Assembly: GCA_027858965.1 (NCBI GenBank)
Contig: JAQIBS010000146.1
Span: forward strand, 3,234 to 67,233
Reading direction: 5' to 3'
Length of the DNA: 64,000 nt
DNA from: Kiritimatiellia bacterium
Lineage (GTDB): Bacteria; Verrucomicrobiota; Kiritimatiellia; RFP12; UBA1067
Part shown: positions 20,701-29,989 of the stretch, piece after piece
How positions within the stretch are numbered: position 1 is the first letter of the stretch
Layout of the letters: every line of letters starts with the position of its first letter
Notes under the pieces: model-generated
Databases searched by the model: none
Told to the model about the DNA's origin: nothing
Seen by the model: the letters and a program-made list of their open reading frames with translations, nothing else
Program-made: the position numbers and the translations under genes

Positions 20701-20777
20701 ACTGTATGTTCCATGGACATGAGGTCGATATCAAAGGACAAGCTGATGGCAAGGTGATCCAGCCATCGCTGATGTAG
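17730..20777 (+). CDS. Secreted multidomain protein: NPCBM-like carbohydrate-binding module + TolB/PD40-like beta-propeller + C-terminal di-CXXCH (cytochrome c-like) region
   Basis: It has a signal peptide. 'KGKRYKNGIGTHSPGIMVFPVPDGATQFLAQGALDD' is NPCBM-like. 'FDGKEILFCY', 'LPNGRIAFISER' and 'NNGMIVYTRWDY' are PD40-like. 'CNGCHE' and 'CLKCHGAERKDKAPDLRRG' are heme-binding motifs. Confidence 0.6.
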   Translation: MTIEKTANIFLLISVFATTFLYAASPKALSPVDFANLCDPANVLYASELISIKTEEHMAPIEAPLGKTAYISLLVYDGGNGYGCDHSDWLNARFTGKFGEKHLTSLEWIHNECGHNDSQKNKSVSGRPLQVKGKRYKNGIGTHSPGIMVFPVPDGATQFLAQGALDDSGTRQVKNAPSSVQFIVYAGIPPQKLLKKLRLGAVNDPIVYEKRKAVLAKISKEGASEYLLLDRELTKKPKTKGGAADQATRMTQLFIRDSAILPTDKSPLDIVLRRTRALYNDLEPKADIAKYGQALDALDKAAAAIRPDKLEELLTLFEQVTRLRRKIAFANPLLKNITKLLFITREVLPPDEFKYGSHMCDQYFGFHATIHGTTKGNGLYVLENPWSGKPVARNLIENSVIEKGARKGQKLANGGYLAPDLSFDGKEILFCYTDGKPEIRIWNEQTTFHIFKCNIDGSGLVQLTDGCVNDIDPCWLPNGRIAFISERRGGYGRCHGRPVPSFTLHSMFEDGTDITRLSPHETNEWQPSVDNNGMIVYTRWDYVDRGFNQAHHAWTTYPDGRDSRPVNGNNHDSQRTAPMMQMDVRAIPGSRKYVAIATGHHCEARGSVVLVDPGLPDDNAMSQIKRVTPDQLFPEAEYYFDRGSAAYASPWPLSEKYYICVYDGFANAQYGSIDTKARNYAITLMDAFGNKVPIYSNPDISCLNPIPLRPRKAPPLLPHKTLVGRPRLPNGEKPEIIPEEKLPKFAQVGLINVYNSRYPMPEGTKIKALRIWQVLPKTTPNADKPRIGMGRHKGAKLVLGTVPVEEDGSAYWNQPVNVPILFHALDESGKAIQGMRSVTYTAPGETLMCNGCHESRMGSARTPPTATPLAMKRAPSKIKPEMDGTNPFHFARLVQPVIDAKCLKCHGAERKDKAPDLRRGPYEKDPNFWFTSFKNLKPYVFFYENPAWTAPYTIPGKFGANASELYHKLKGGHGKLNKEELRRFIIWMDSNCMFHGHEVDIKGQADGKVIQPSLM

Positions 20778-20873
20778 TGCAAAAACTAAAACATGAACAA
20801 GCTATAAATCTATCACGGTCCCAACAAACTACCTCATACATCATAATTCATCCTTCATCCTTAGCTCATCATT

Positions 20874-20882
20874 TGGTATAAT
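20874..20882 (+). promoter_or_regulatory. Extended -10 promoter element TGGTATAAT upstream of kduI
   Basis: A perfect TGnTATAAT lies 40 nt upstream of ATG 20922. The -35 (TTCATC) is weak. Confidence 0.45.
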
Positions 20883-20921
20883 GAGATAGTTTTTAACACA
20901 AATATAATAAGGAAATATGAA

Positions 20922-21752
20922 ATGCGAACAATAGAGGCCACCGACCGTAAGTCAGTCAAGAGAATGACCACAAATGAGCTTAGAGAAAAATTTGTTATTG
21001 ATAATCTTTTTGTACCAGGGGAACTGACAACAGTTTACACAAATGTCGACCGCGCTGTAGTAGGTGGAATTGTTCCTTTAAAAGAGTCACTCGAGCTGAC
21101 CGGCGGAAAAGAGATGGCCTGCGAATATTTCTGTGACCGGCGCGAAGTCGGCGTAATCAATCTGGGTGCACCTGGGACTGTTGAGGTTGATGGAACCGTT
21201 TATGAGATTGGCACCCGTGAATGTCTTTATATCGGGCGCGGCAGCAAAAGCATAAAGTTCAACAGTGCCGATGCCGCAACTCCTGCCGCATTTTATCTGG
21301 TATCTTATCCGGCACATGCCGACTACCCCACCACCAAAGCGGCTATTGCCAATGCAAACGTGGTTGAGCTGGGTTCCGATGCTGAGGCCAATAAAAGAAC
21401 ACTCTACCAATATATCTGCCCTGGTCATATCGAAAGTTGCCAGCTGGTAATGGGCTTTACTGTGCTGCATGAAGGTAATGTATGGAATACATTCCCGCCT
21501 CACACCCACGACCGCCGTACCGAAGTTTACTGTTACTTTGACCTTGCAGAAAATGGCAAAGTTCTGCATCTGATGGGCGAACCGAATGAAACCCGTCACC
21601 TGACACTGACCGAGAAGCAGGCTACAATCTCCCCCCCATGGTCAATCCACAGCGGCGTTGGAACCTGCAGCTACGCCTTTGTCTGGGCTATGGGTGGAGA
21701 AAACCAGGTCTTCGGCGACATGGATCATTGCGATCTAGATAAATTTCAATAA
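20922..21752 (+). CDS. kduI: 5-dehydro-4-deoxy-D-glucuronate isomerase
   Basis: 276 aa. The N-terminal 'ELREKFVIDNLFVPGE' and the cupin His block 'NTFPPHTHDRRTEVYCYF' are typical of KduI. Confidence 0.85.
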   Translation: MRTIEATDRKSVKRMTTNELREKFVIDNLFVPGELTTVYTNVDRAVVGGIVPLKESLELTGGKEMACEYFCDRREVGVINLGAPGTVEVDGTVYEIGTRECLYIGRGSKSIKFNSADAATPAAFYLVSYPAHADYPTTKAAIANANVVELGSDAEANKRTLYQYICPGHIESCQLVMGFTVLHEGNVWNTFPPHTHDRRTEVYCYFDLAENGKVLHLMGEPNETRHLTLTEKQATISPPWSIHSGVGTCSYAFVWAMGGENQVFGDMDHCDLDKFQ

Positions 21753-21775
21753 TATTTTCAGGTTAAGGATTATTT

Positions 21776-23932
21776 ATGAGAAGAACATGTACATGTTTCA
21801 TGGTTATGGCAACAGTAGCAGTTCAAGCTGGCGAAATATTTATTGTCCCGTTTGAAAAAGCTAGTGAAGACAAACAGGATGGTTCTAAAAAAAATCCATT
21901 CACATCACTGGTGCAGGCGCGTGATGCAATCCGCACTGCAAAAAAAGCGGGAAGCCAGGAACCATGGAACGTACATCTCAAAAAAGGGATCTACCCGGTA
22001 TCCGAAACGATTGTTTTTGAGCCAGCGGATTCAGGAACCGCAGATGCACCTGTAATATATAAAGGCGCAGGCAGCAAAACAATTATCTCCGGCGGAATCA
22101 CGCTGACAGGATGGAAGGAAATCGAGGATGGAACATGGGAGGCAGACCTACCCCTCAACCCCGATGGATCACCGCTTTACTTTGAGGCGCTTTATGTAAA
22201 CAACCGTCGAGCCGTTCGCTCCCGTCATCCTGACACAGGGTTCCTGAATCCTGAGGATGTAACGCAAACTGGATTAGATGGAAAAGCCACAAAAAAAGGG
22301 CCAGCCAAAGCTGAACTCACAGCCAAATCAGGCGAATTAGATTTAATCAGGAAAATTCCTCAGAATGAATTGAAATATGCTCAGGTCATCGTACACCACA
22401 AATGGGATACCACCCGACGCATCATTACCGGATTTGATGCCGCAACAGGAACCATCTCTACGCAGGGCGGAATCTGGAAATCCTGGAACAAATGGCAAAA
22501 AAGCAGCATGTACTATGTTGAAAACCTGCGCTCTGCATTTAATCAGCCGGGTGAGTGGTTTTATGACGGAGTTAACAAAAAAGTTAAATACCATCCGTTA
22601 CCAAAAGAGAGACTGAACCGCTCTGAACTCATCGCTCCCCGCCCCGGCCTTATAGCATTAATTCATTTCAAGGGTGATATTAAAAACAAAACCTTTGTTA
22701 AGAACATCCGCTTTGAAAATATGGCATTGTTCTATACAGATTCACCCCGGCGCAAGGACCAGCTTGAAAAGGCCGGATTCACAAAAGAGTTCATTGGCGA
22801 CCTGAACAAACCGGGGCCCACCCAGCTTGAACCGATGCAGGCCGCGGCACGCACCGAACCCGCAATCCAGGCCGACGGTGCGCACAACATCACATTTAAA
22901 GAGTGCGAACTCAGCCACATTGGCGAATATGGAATCTGGTTCCGCTCCGGCTGCATCAGCAATCGCTTTCAAAACTGTATAATCTCTGATTTGGGATCAG
23001 GCGGTATACGACTTGGAGCAACCGGCTCTGAGGGTTGCAAACCGCCTGCGGCAGGAGTCTCCACCAACACATCCCCCTGGTGCAGTGCCTACAACGTGGT
23101 TGATAACTGCATCATTAAAAGCGGCGGCCGTTTTCATGCCAGTGGTGTTGCGGTCTGGATTGGCAGCAGTGCTGACAATCAAATCACCCACAATGACATT
23201 AGTGACTTTTACTACACCGGTGTTTCAGTGGGCTGGGTATGGGGATACAGCGGCAGCTTTGCTCAGCGCAACAGTATCTGCTGGAACCGCATCTACAATA
23301 TAGGGCAGAAAGCACTTGGCGATATGGGCGGCGTTTACACGCTGGGAACATCATTTGGCACAAAGATCTGCAACAATGTTATTTATGACATTGATTCCTA
23401 TACATACGGAGGCTGGGGCCTTTACACCGATGAAGGTTCCGAAGGTATTTTGATGGAGAACAATCTGGTATACAATACAAAAGACGGCTCATTCCATCAG
23501 CATTACGGTCGCAACAACATAATCCGCAACAACATTCTCTGTGATAGTCGAGAGTATCAGGTGGCGGCAACCCGTAAAGAGAAACACTGCTCATTCATCT
23601 TTGAGCGCAATATTGTCTGCTGGGACAAAGGACCTGTCTTCAAGCCACACACTACAGAGAAGCAGGTGGAGTGGAAGGACAACATCTGGTATATGAGTTC
23701 AGGGCCTATTGATTTTGAAGGAAAGACATTCGCAGAGTGGCAGAAAAGCGGCTGCGACAAGGACGGATTTGAAGCCGACCCCCAGTTTGAAAACCCCTCA
23801 AAATGTAACTTCAAAATTCATTCCGGATCACCGGCAGAGAAGATAGGGTTTGTTGAGTTTGATTACAACAAAGCTGGTAATTATAACAAACAAAAATCAT
23901 GGAAATGGTCATTATTAAACCTTTTCCGTTAA
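21776..23932 (+). CDS. Right-handed parallel beta-helix (PbH1) repeat protein, probable polysaccharide lyase or hydrolase
   Basis: It has a signal peptide. Repeated PbH1-like turns are present: 'NCIISDLGSGGIRLG', 'NCIIKSGG', 'ITHNDISDFYYTGVSVG', 'NNVIYDI', 'ENNLVYNT' and 'IRNNIL'. Confidence 0.6.
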   Translation: MRRTCTCFMVMATVAVQAGEIFIVPFEKASEDKQDGSKKNPFTSLVQARDAIRTAKKAGSQEPWNVHLKKGIYPVSETIVFEPADSGTADAPVIYKGAGSKTIISGGITLTGWKEIEDGTWEADLPLNPDGSPLYFEALYVNNRRAVRSRHPDTGFLNPEDVTQTGLDGKATKKGPAKAELTAKSGELDLIRKIPQNELKYAQVIVHHKWDTTRRIITGFDAATGTISTQGGIWKSWNKWQKSSMYYVENLRSAFNQPGEWFYDGVNKKVKYHPLPKERLNRSELIAPRPGLIALIHFKGDIKNKTFVKNIRFENMALFYTDSPRRKDQLEKAGFTKEFIGDLNKPGPTQLEPMQAAARTEPAIQADGAHNITFKECELSHIGEYGIWFRSGCISNRFQNCIISDLGSGGIRLGATGSEGCKPPAAGVSTNTSPWCSAYNVVDNCIIKSGGRFHASGVAVWIGSSADNQITHNDISDFYYTGVSVGWVWGYSGSFAQRNSICWNRIYNIGQKALGDMGGVYTLGTSFGTKICNNVIYDIDSYTYGGWGLYTDEGSEGILMENNLVYNTKDGSFHQHYGRNNIIRNNILCDSREYQVAATRKEKHCSFIFERNIVCWDKGPVFKPHTTEKQVEWKDNIWYMSSGPIDFEGKTFAEWQKSGCDKDGFEADPQFENPSKCNFKIHSGSPAEKIGFVEFDYNKAGNYNKQKSWKWSLLNLFR

Positions 23933-23945
23933 ATAAAGAGCGCCT

Positions 23946-26900
23946 ATGAACTTCCTCAAAAAACGACTTCATTTCTCTCCCTGGCTTTTGGTTCGTATTT
24001 TTGCCCCGATCACATTTATCGTGCCCATGGTAGTTTACTGGCTGACTCTTTACAAAAAGATCTATCCGGGGGTACCAGCGGCATTAACCGCATCTGCGGC
24101 TAAAATAAGCGAAACTGTTGATTTATCTCACCCGATCTTCAATTTCTTCAGCCGTCTGGTGGCCGAGATACCCTATGAGACCCTTCCTATACGGCTTAAT
24201 CTCTTTTCCGCGACCTGTGGAGCCATTGCCATCACATTCTTTTACCTGCTGGTGGCACGTATTATTTTCATGCTCTCCTGCGAGGATTCGGGTGGATCAA
24301 TGAACGCTCTCCCCCCGGAACTGTTCAATAATGACGACGAGGATAACAGCGACAACTATTACGGCGTTAATGCAGCAGCCGGTTCTCTCTCTCAAAATGC
24401 AGCGGAGTCTATTCCTCAAGAAGTACTCCAACATAACAGACGCGCTTCATACAGCGCCGTTATGGGCGCATTTGGAGCCGCTTCCGTTCTGGCATTCTGT
24501 GGTCCATTCTGGTTTGCAGCCACCCGTTTATACCCATGCACCTTTGACCTGATGCTACTGTTTCTCATTTTAAATCTGGTTATCTCATATGACCAGAAAG
24601 AGAATAATTTTTCCCTGTTAAGTGCTGTTTTTCTACTGGCGGTCTGCTCAGTCGAATCAATGCTCTTCCTGATTCTAGCGCCCCTTGGCGTACTTATTCT
24701 CTATCGTTCAATGAAACTCAGCGAACAATTCACTACAGGGCGAATTCTGGTATGCATTATTGCCGGTCTGGTGGGAGGAACACTAGGGGTTGTCATTTTA
24801 TGGGATGCCGCAGGTTATTGCCTGAATATAGTGGTTCCAGCTACACGCCCGATCATGAACATATTTAAGCTCACCATGATCAATGATGCAGCGACATGGA
24901 TTCCTCGTTTTGGATGGAGCCGTATATTTGTACTACTGCTGCTGCCCAGTACGCTTGCATTCTTCTTGTTTGCCTATTCGTTTAAGATACGCAAACCGCT
25001 TCTGTTTATACTTCAGCTACTTCTTGTAGCCATGCTGATCCCATCGCTTATCAACATGAACATCTCACCCTGGGGCATTGCACGCTTAATATCAAAAGTT
25101 CCAGTCTATTCTTATGTTGCCCTTGCCACATTCACGGGATTATTGATAGCGGCATGGCACTTGATGCGGGAGATGTACATTGAGAAACTGGACGACGAGC
25201 TTGATTTTTATGAGTACCGGGATAATCCTTTTGTCTGCAAGATTGGATCTATTCTATGCTGGCCACTGCTGTTACTGGCATTGTATGTTCCTTTTGGCTG
25301 CTATACCGATATTGATCCCAAAAAAGGAGTGTTCACAGATGAAGTCTCAAAGATCATATATGAACAGATTAAAGACAAAAAATTTGTATTGGACACCCCC
25401 TTTCTTAAAAACGAGCTGCTGATCAGAGCACATGCCGACAAAAAAATAATCAATCTCTACTCTACCCTCATTATGAAAGGCGGAAAGCTCTCTCAATTAA
25501 ACATAGAGCGCATTAAGAAGAATCCTGACTTTGAAAACTTCCGCCCCCGATTGATTAACGCAGCGGAGATATCCCCATTTTCATTTATGCGCGAATGGCT
25601 GACTCTAGACAAACAGGCATACACCCAGATTGCAGTTTTCAGCAATCCCCAAACACTGCGCAAATTTGGATACATGGCTATACCCAAAGGGTTTTTCATG
25701 GAGCTTGTGCCAGAGGGAACCGAACTGGATACCGATAAAATAATCACCGACTTTATGGCTTTCGCAAATGAGATTGAGCCATACATGTTCGCTGGAACCA
25801 CCGACGATATCAAACTGCTCGCAAATCACAGAAATGCTTACCGGATACAACTGGCGCGAACTGGAAACGAGCTGGCAATATTGTTGATCAATCACAAAAA
25901 ATATGAAGATGCTTTAAAGATTCTGAAGCATTGTACACAGCTTGCTCCCGGCAATCTGGCAATCACTCTTAACCGCTACCACCTCTCAAAGGATCTGGGT
26001 GTTGATCAGGAAGCACGTAAATATATTGAATTAAAACTGGAGGAGATTCCTACCGACAGCGAGCTACTTAATCTTTCGCTAGAAACTTTGCAGGAAAAGA
26101 GCGGTACACTAGCTGACCCAAGTATCTTAGAGTTTGCAAAAAAACGATTCTGGACCAAATCCAACCTGTTCAGAAACCTAGCTGTAAATCAGGCTGACAT
26201 TGCATTGGATCCAATCCTGGCAATCCGCAACAAAAAAAATGAGCTTTATCATACTATAATACAAAAAATTGCCGGTAATGAGCTGAAGGAAGCAGACAGC
26301 CAATTAAATATTCTACTGGACTTCGACGACAATGATCACTTTGCTCTTATAAACAAAGCGAAAGTTGCCATCTTACAGAAAAATATCCCCGAGGCTGGTC
26401 TCTGGATGGATCTGGCCAAAGAGAGTTCCGTTGATCCTGCTAAATTGATTTGGCATGAAGTAGCCCTTCTCATGCTTGACAACAAAATTGAAGATGCCAG
26501 AAAGCGTCTTAATGAAGTTATCCCTGATCATACATCCAACAACGATCTATGGTCACTTCTTGCCGAAATACTGATCAAAAAGGGAGAGTTCGCGGAACTT
26601 CAGAACCGGGTCTATCCCGCACTGCACGGCTCCTCACGCAATCAGAATAACTACATGTTCTATGTTGTACGCGGATATATTTTAAAAACCAGAGGTAGTC
26701 AAGAGTACTCTGCGGCCAGAACTGCCTTTATTAAAGCCATGGAACTCAATAAAAACCAACCCCAGGTTCAAAGCCAGATTCTTGAACTGGACAGCCAATT
26801 GGAAGTACCCGCCTTTTCAGAACAGGATGCCATCAAGGTCCTTATTGAAGAGCCCGAACATCCACGAGCCAACTATTTAATGGGGCAGGTTCGATTGAGC

Positions 26901-27344
26901 AGAAATCAATTAGAACTGGCAGAGGATTTCTTCGTCAGAAGTTTGAATGCCGAAGTCTCAGCAGAGTCACTGGCAGGGCTAGCGGAAACCATCTTGCGCA
27001 AAGGCGATGCATCCCTGGCTGAAAAATACATCAACAAATCCCTGCAAATAAATTCAGACAGAACGAAATCCTTGCATATAAAAACCCACATACTGCTGAC
27101 TCTTGGTAAAATTGACGAAGCCGCTGACTGTTTTAGTGCAGTTATAAAAGAGTTGCCGGAAGACCTGGATGTACGCCTGACAAAAATCCAACTGCAAATC
27201 AAACAAGGACGACTGGAGGAGGCTGCTATGAGCGTCTCAAATATGCTTGAAAGAGAAGACTACCTCCCCCGTCCTATTGTCGCACAGCTTATGCGTCTGG
27301 CTGGACAACTTTCACAGGAACTGACCCGCAAAAAACATCTATAA
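23946..27344 (+). CDS. Polytopic membrane protein (GT-C/DUF2723-like N-terminal half) with a long C-terminal TPR-like helical repeat region
   Basis: 1132 aa. There are more than 10 hydrophobic helices in the first ~450 aa. The C-terminal ~600 aa consists of helical repeats. The DUF2723 assignment is from memory of the architecture only. Confidence 0.5.
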   Translation: MNFLKKRLHFSPWLLVRIFAPITFIVPMVVYWLTLYKKIYPGVPAALTASAAKISETVDLSHPIFNFFSRLVAEIPYETLPIRLNLFSATCGAIAITFFYLLVARIIFMLSCEDSGGSMNALPPELFNNDDEDNSDNYYGVNAAAGSLSQNAAESIPQEVLQHNRRASYSAVMGAFGAASVLAFCGPFWFAATRLYPCTFDLMLLFLILNLVISYDQKENNFSLLSAVFLLAVCSVESMLFLILAPLGVLILYRSMKLSEQFTTGRILVCIIAGLVGGTLGVVILWDAAGYCLNIVVPATRPIMNIFKLTMINDAATWIPRFGWSRIFVLLLLPSTLAFFLFAYSFKIRKPLLFILQLLLVAMLIPSLINMNISPWGIARLISKVPVYSYVALATFTGLLIAAWHLMREMYIEKLDDELDFYEYRDNPFVCKIGSILCWPLLLLALYVPFGCYTDIDPKKGVFTDEVSKIIYEQIKDKKFVLDTPFLKNELLIRAHADKKIINLYSTLIMKGGKLSQLNIERIKKNPDFENFRPRLINAAEISPFSFMREWLTLDKQAYTQIAVFSNPQTLRKFGYMAIPKGFFMELVPEGTELDTDKIITDFMAFANEIEPYMFAGTTDDIKLLANHRNAYRIQLARTGNELAILLINHKKYEDALKILKHCTQLAPGNLAITLNRYHLSKDLGVDQEARKYIELKLEEIPTDSELLNLSLETLQEKSGTLADPSILEFAKKRFWTKSNLFRNLAVNQADIALDPILAIRNKKNELYHTIIQKIAGNELKEADSQLNILLDFDDNDHFALINKAKVAILQKNIPEAGLWMDLAKESSVDPAKLIWHEVALLMLDNKIEDARKRLNEVIPDHTSNNDLWSLLAEILIKKGEFAELQNRVYPALHGSSRNQNNYMFYVVRGYILKTRGSQEYSAARTAFIKAMELNKNQPQVQSQILELDSQLEVPAFSEQDAIKVLIEEPEHPRANYLMGQVRLSRNQLELAEDFFVRSLNAEVSAESLAGLAETILRKGDASLAEKYINKSLQINSDRTKSLHIKTHILLTLGKIDEAADCFSAVIKELPEDLDVRLTKIQLQIKQGRLEEAAMSVSNMLEREDYLPRPIVAQLMRLAGQLSQELTRKKHL

Positions 27345-27349
27345 CCATA

Positions 27350-28252
27350 ATGAATTATATCTCTCACACCTTTTCCTATATTCAATATTTGTTCATACGG
27401 TTAGCCGGAGTGCTCTACAAGCTGGTTCCGGCATATAAAGCGTATGACTTCGGTGCATCCATAACAACACTCTTTTATCCGGTATTTAAGAAACGCCGCC
27501 AAATAGCAATCGACAATATTTTGCAGGCCAAAATAACCGAAGACCCCAAGGAGGCGGACCGCATAGCACGACTGGCCTTCGGCCATCTGGCGGGACACAT
27601 ATGTGAGGCAATGAAAGCTGATCAGATTATTACTGATAAAAACTGGCTGGAGCATATCACTTTGGAAATGTCTGAATCCAGCCGGCACCTCCTTTTCGAG
27701 GAAAAGGACCACCCCCTGATGATGCTGGGAGGGCACCTTGGAGTATGGGAGGCGGGCGTAACCAGCATGGCCAGAATACGTCCACTGATTGCAATCGCAC
27801 GAAAAATGAACAACCCTTACGTGGAACGCTTTTTAAACGCAAATCACTTTCGCGGCAAGGTCACCATAGTTGATAAAAATAAGGGTCTTACACCCAGTGT
27901 GATCAAACAATGGAAAAGAACCTCCGCCATAATGGCAATTGTTATGGACCAGCATGCTGGAAAAAAGAATGGCGTCAGGGTCGATTTTATGGGAAGAAAG
28001 GCAGGCACCCATACATCACCAGCCAGACTTCACCTTCGGACAGGAATACCTGTTATAACTGCAACCCTGATACGTAAATCCCCCTTTAAATATACTTTAA
28101 TCGTCAATGAACCCATCCGCTTTAAAAAAACAGGCGACAACAACAACGACATAAAAGATTTTCTGACCCTTGTAAACAAACAGGTAGAGAAGATGATCCG
28201 AAACTGCCCAGAGCAATACCTATGGGCTCATAAACGCTGGCGCCCTGAATAG
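27350..28252 (+). CDS. Second LpxL/HtrB-family acyltransferase paralog (HX4E variant)
   Basis: 300 aa. 'GGHLGVWEAG' sits where the HX4D motif normally is, and the C-terminus has 'PEQYLWAHKRW'. It starts 6 nt after the preceding membrane/TPR gene. Confidence 0.65.
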   Translation: MNYISHTFSYIQYLFIRLAGVLYKLVPAYKAYDFGASITTLFYPVFKKRRQIAIDNILQAKITEDPKEADRIARLAFGHLAGHICEAMKADQIITDKNWLEHITLEMSESSRHLLFEEKDHPLMMLGGHLGVWEAGVTSMARIRPLIAIARKMNNPYVERFLNANHFRGKVTIVDKNKGLTPSVIKQWKRTSAIMAIVMDQHAGKKNGVRVDFMGRKAGTHTSPARLHLRTGIPVITATLIRKSPFKYTLIVNEPIRFKKTGDNNNDIKDFLTLVNKQVEKMIRNCPEQYLWAHKRWRPE

Positions 28253-28275
28253 CGCGATCGTCACTACGAAAGCAC

Positions 28276-28438
28276 AAAAAAACGGCGGATAAAAGCTTTA
28301 ACGCTCTTATCCGCCGCCAGGGAGGACATATATTAATTAATGTGACATACATAATTATTTTTAATCATGCGGTACTTACACGGGGGAAGCGAAGTACCAG
28401 CTGCCACTTGTATCAACAACCTGGGGAGGTTGTTTGAT
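28276..28438 (-). ncRNA. Candidate ~160-nt small RNA bounded by a consensus promoter and an intrinsic terminator
   Basis: On the minus strand, the -35 TTGACA (28473-28468), a 17-nt spacer and the -10 TAATAT (28450-28445) lie downstream of an A-tract UP-like region. The terminator stem is cggcggataa / ttatccgccg (28283-28316) with U7 (28276-28282). There is no credible ORF. Three C-rich motifs are present: CCUCCCC, CUUCCCCC and GUCCUCCCUGG. Confidence 0.5.
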
Positions 28439-28604
28439 GAGTGCATATTACTATACGCACCCTGTGTTGTCAACAGGACGCACCCATTTTTTTTATTTTT
28501 TTTTATTTTCTTCGATAAACACTCGTTTTTGCAAGATTAAGTCGTTTTTTGAATTCATCACACCGAAGCACCGTCTGACAAACCGGCAAATGAAAGGCTG
28601 AAAT

Positions 28605-29336
28605 ATGAAAAAATTAATCGCCATTACACTCCTGGCGTCACTGGCAACACTCTGTTTTGCACAGGATGACGGCTGGATATCTCTCTTTAACGGCAAGGAC
28701 CTTGATGGATGGGAGATCAAAACTAAAGCCGCATCAGAACACTGGAAAGTTAAAGACGGTGTAATTGATTGCAGCCCCAGCACCCACCCCAAAGGAGATA
28801 AGCACCTCTGGAATACAAAATCATTTAAAGACTTCAAGCTGCATATAGAATGGCGTATCAAATCCAAAAAAGGAATTTATGAGGTCCCGGTTGTACTGCC
28901 TGATGGAAGCTACAAAAAGGACGCCAACGGCAAAAAAATCACTAACCCCCAACCCGGTGCCGATTCAGGCATCTATCTACGTGGATCCAGTAAAGCCCAG
29001 GTCAATATTTGGTGCTGGCCGATTGGCTCCGGTGAATTCTACGGCTATCGCAACAAGCAGGATGATCCCAAAACACGCGCAGCGGTCACACCGAAAGTCA
29101 ATGCCGACAACGCGGTTGGAGAGTGGAATACATTCGAAATCACTCTGGTTGGTGACATTGTGACAGTTATACTCAATGGAAAAACTGTAATCGAAAAAGC
29201 ACAGCTACTCGGCATCCCCGCCGAAGGGCCGATTGCCCTGCAACACCATGGTGGATACATCCCAGAGAAAAAACGCTGGGGCGGTGCATCCAGTCTGGTG
29301 CAGTTCCGCAACATCAAGATCAAGCCGATTGAATAA
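28605..29336 (+). CDS. DUF1080 (3-keto-disaccharide hydrolase-like) family protein, secreted
   Basis: It has a signal peptide. The opening 'DDGWISLFNGKDLDGWEIK' and the ending 'IALQHHG...VQFRNIKIKP' are typical of DUF1080. Confidence 0.8.
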   Translation: MKKLIAITLLASLATLCFAQDDGWISLFNGKDLDGWEIKTKAASEHWKVKDGVIDCSPSTHPKGDKHLWNTKSFKDFKLHIEWRIKSKKGIYEVPVVLPDGSYKKDANGKKITNPQPGADSGIYLRGSSKAQVNIWCWPIGSGEFYGYRNKQDDPKTRAAVTPKVNADNAVGEWNTFEITLVGDIVTVILNGKTVIEKAQLLGIPAEGPIALQHHGGYIPEKKRWGGASSLVQFRNIKIKPIE

Positions 29337-29373
29337 ATGTTGTAGGAACTGCAGACAAAAGCCTAAATAACAA

Positions 29374-29952
29374 ATGAACACACCATCAATAGCCATACAA
29401 CTCCCGGAGTGGGTCAACTCATTCCTCTCCGAGAGTCCAGCTCTGTTCCCCTCTATTGAGGATCGGATGGCTCTGGTTGTTGAGCTGGCCAAACGCAATG
29501 TTGAAGAAAAAACCGGCGGCCCATTTGGGGCAGCGATCTTTGATGCCGAAGGGCGGTTAATCGCCCCCGGTGTCAACATTGTCCCAACAGCAAACTGCTC
29601 CATCCTACATGCCGAGATGGTGGCTATCGCATTAGCCCAGAAAAACCTGAAACGGTTCGATATCAGCAATAAAGGCAGGCTCGATTATGACCTGGCAGCC
29701 AGCACCGAGCCATGCGCTATGTGTTTTGGCGCAATTCCGTGGTCCGGTGTGACACGCCTGCTCTGCGGGGCTCGTGATGAGGATGCGCGAGCCATCGGAT
29801 TTGACGAGGGTCCAAAAATGAAAGAGTGGAAACAAGCCCTTGAAGAAAGGGGCATCTCTGTAATCCGCGATATCCTACGGAGTGAGGCTACAGCCGTTCT
29901 GCAAATATATGCCGACAACGGCGGCGTGATCTATAACAGCCGCAACAATTAA
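29374..29952 (+). CDS. Zinc-dependent nucleoside/nucleotide (CDA-fold) deaminase
   Basis: The zinc ligand motifs 'HAEMVAI' and 'PCAMCFGAIPWSG' are present. Confidence 0.8.
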   Translation: MNTPSIAIQLPEWVNSFLSESPALFPSIEDRMALVVELAKRNVEEKTGGPFGAAIFDAEGRLIAPGVNIVPTANCSILHAEMVAIALAQKNLKRFDISNKGRLDYDLAASTEPCAMCFGAIPWSGVTRLLCGARDEDARAIGFDEGPKMKEWKQALEERGISVIRDILRSEATAVLQIYADNGGVIYNSRNN

Positions 29953-29989
29953 GATTGTTTTAAGAGTTTCGATATGGTTCAATTTAACC

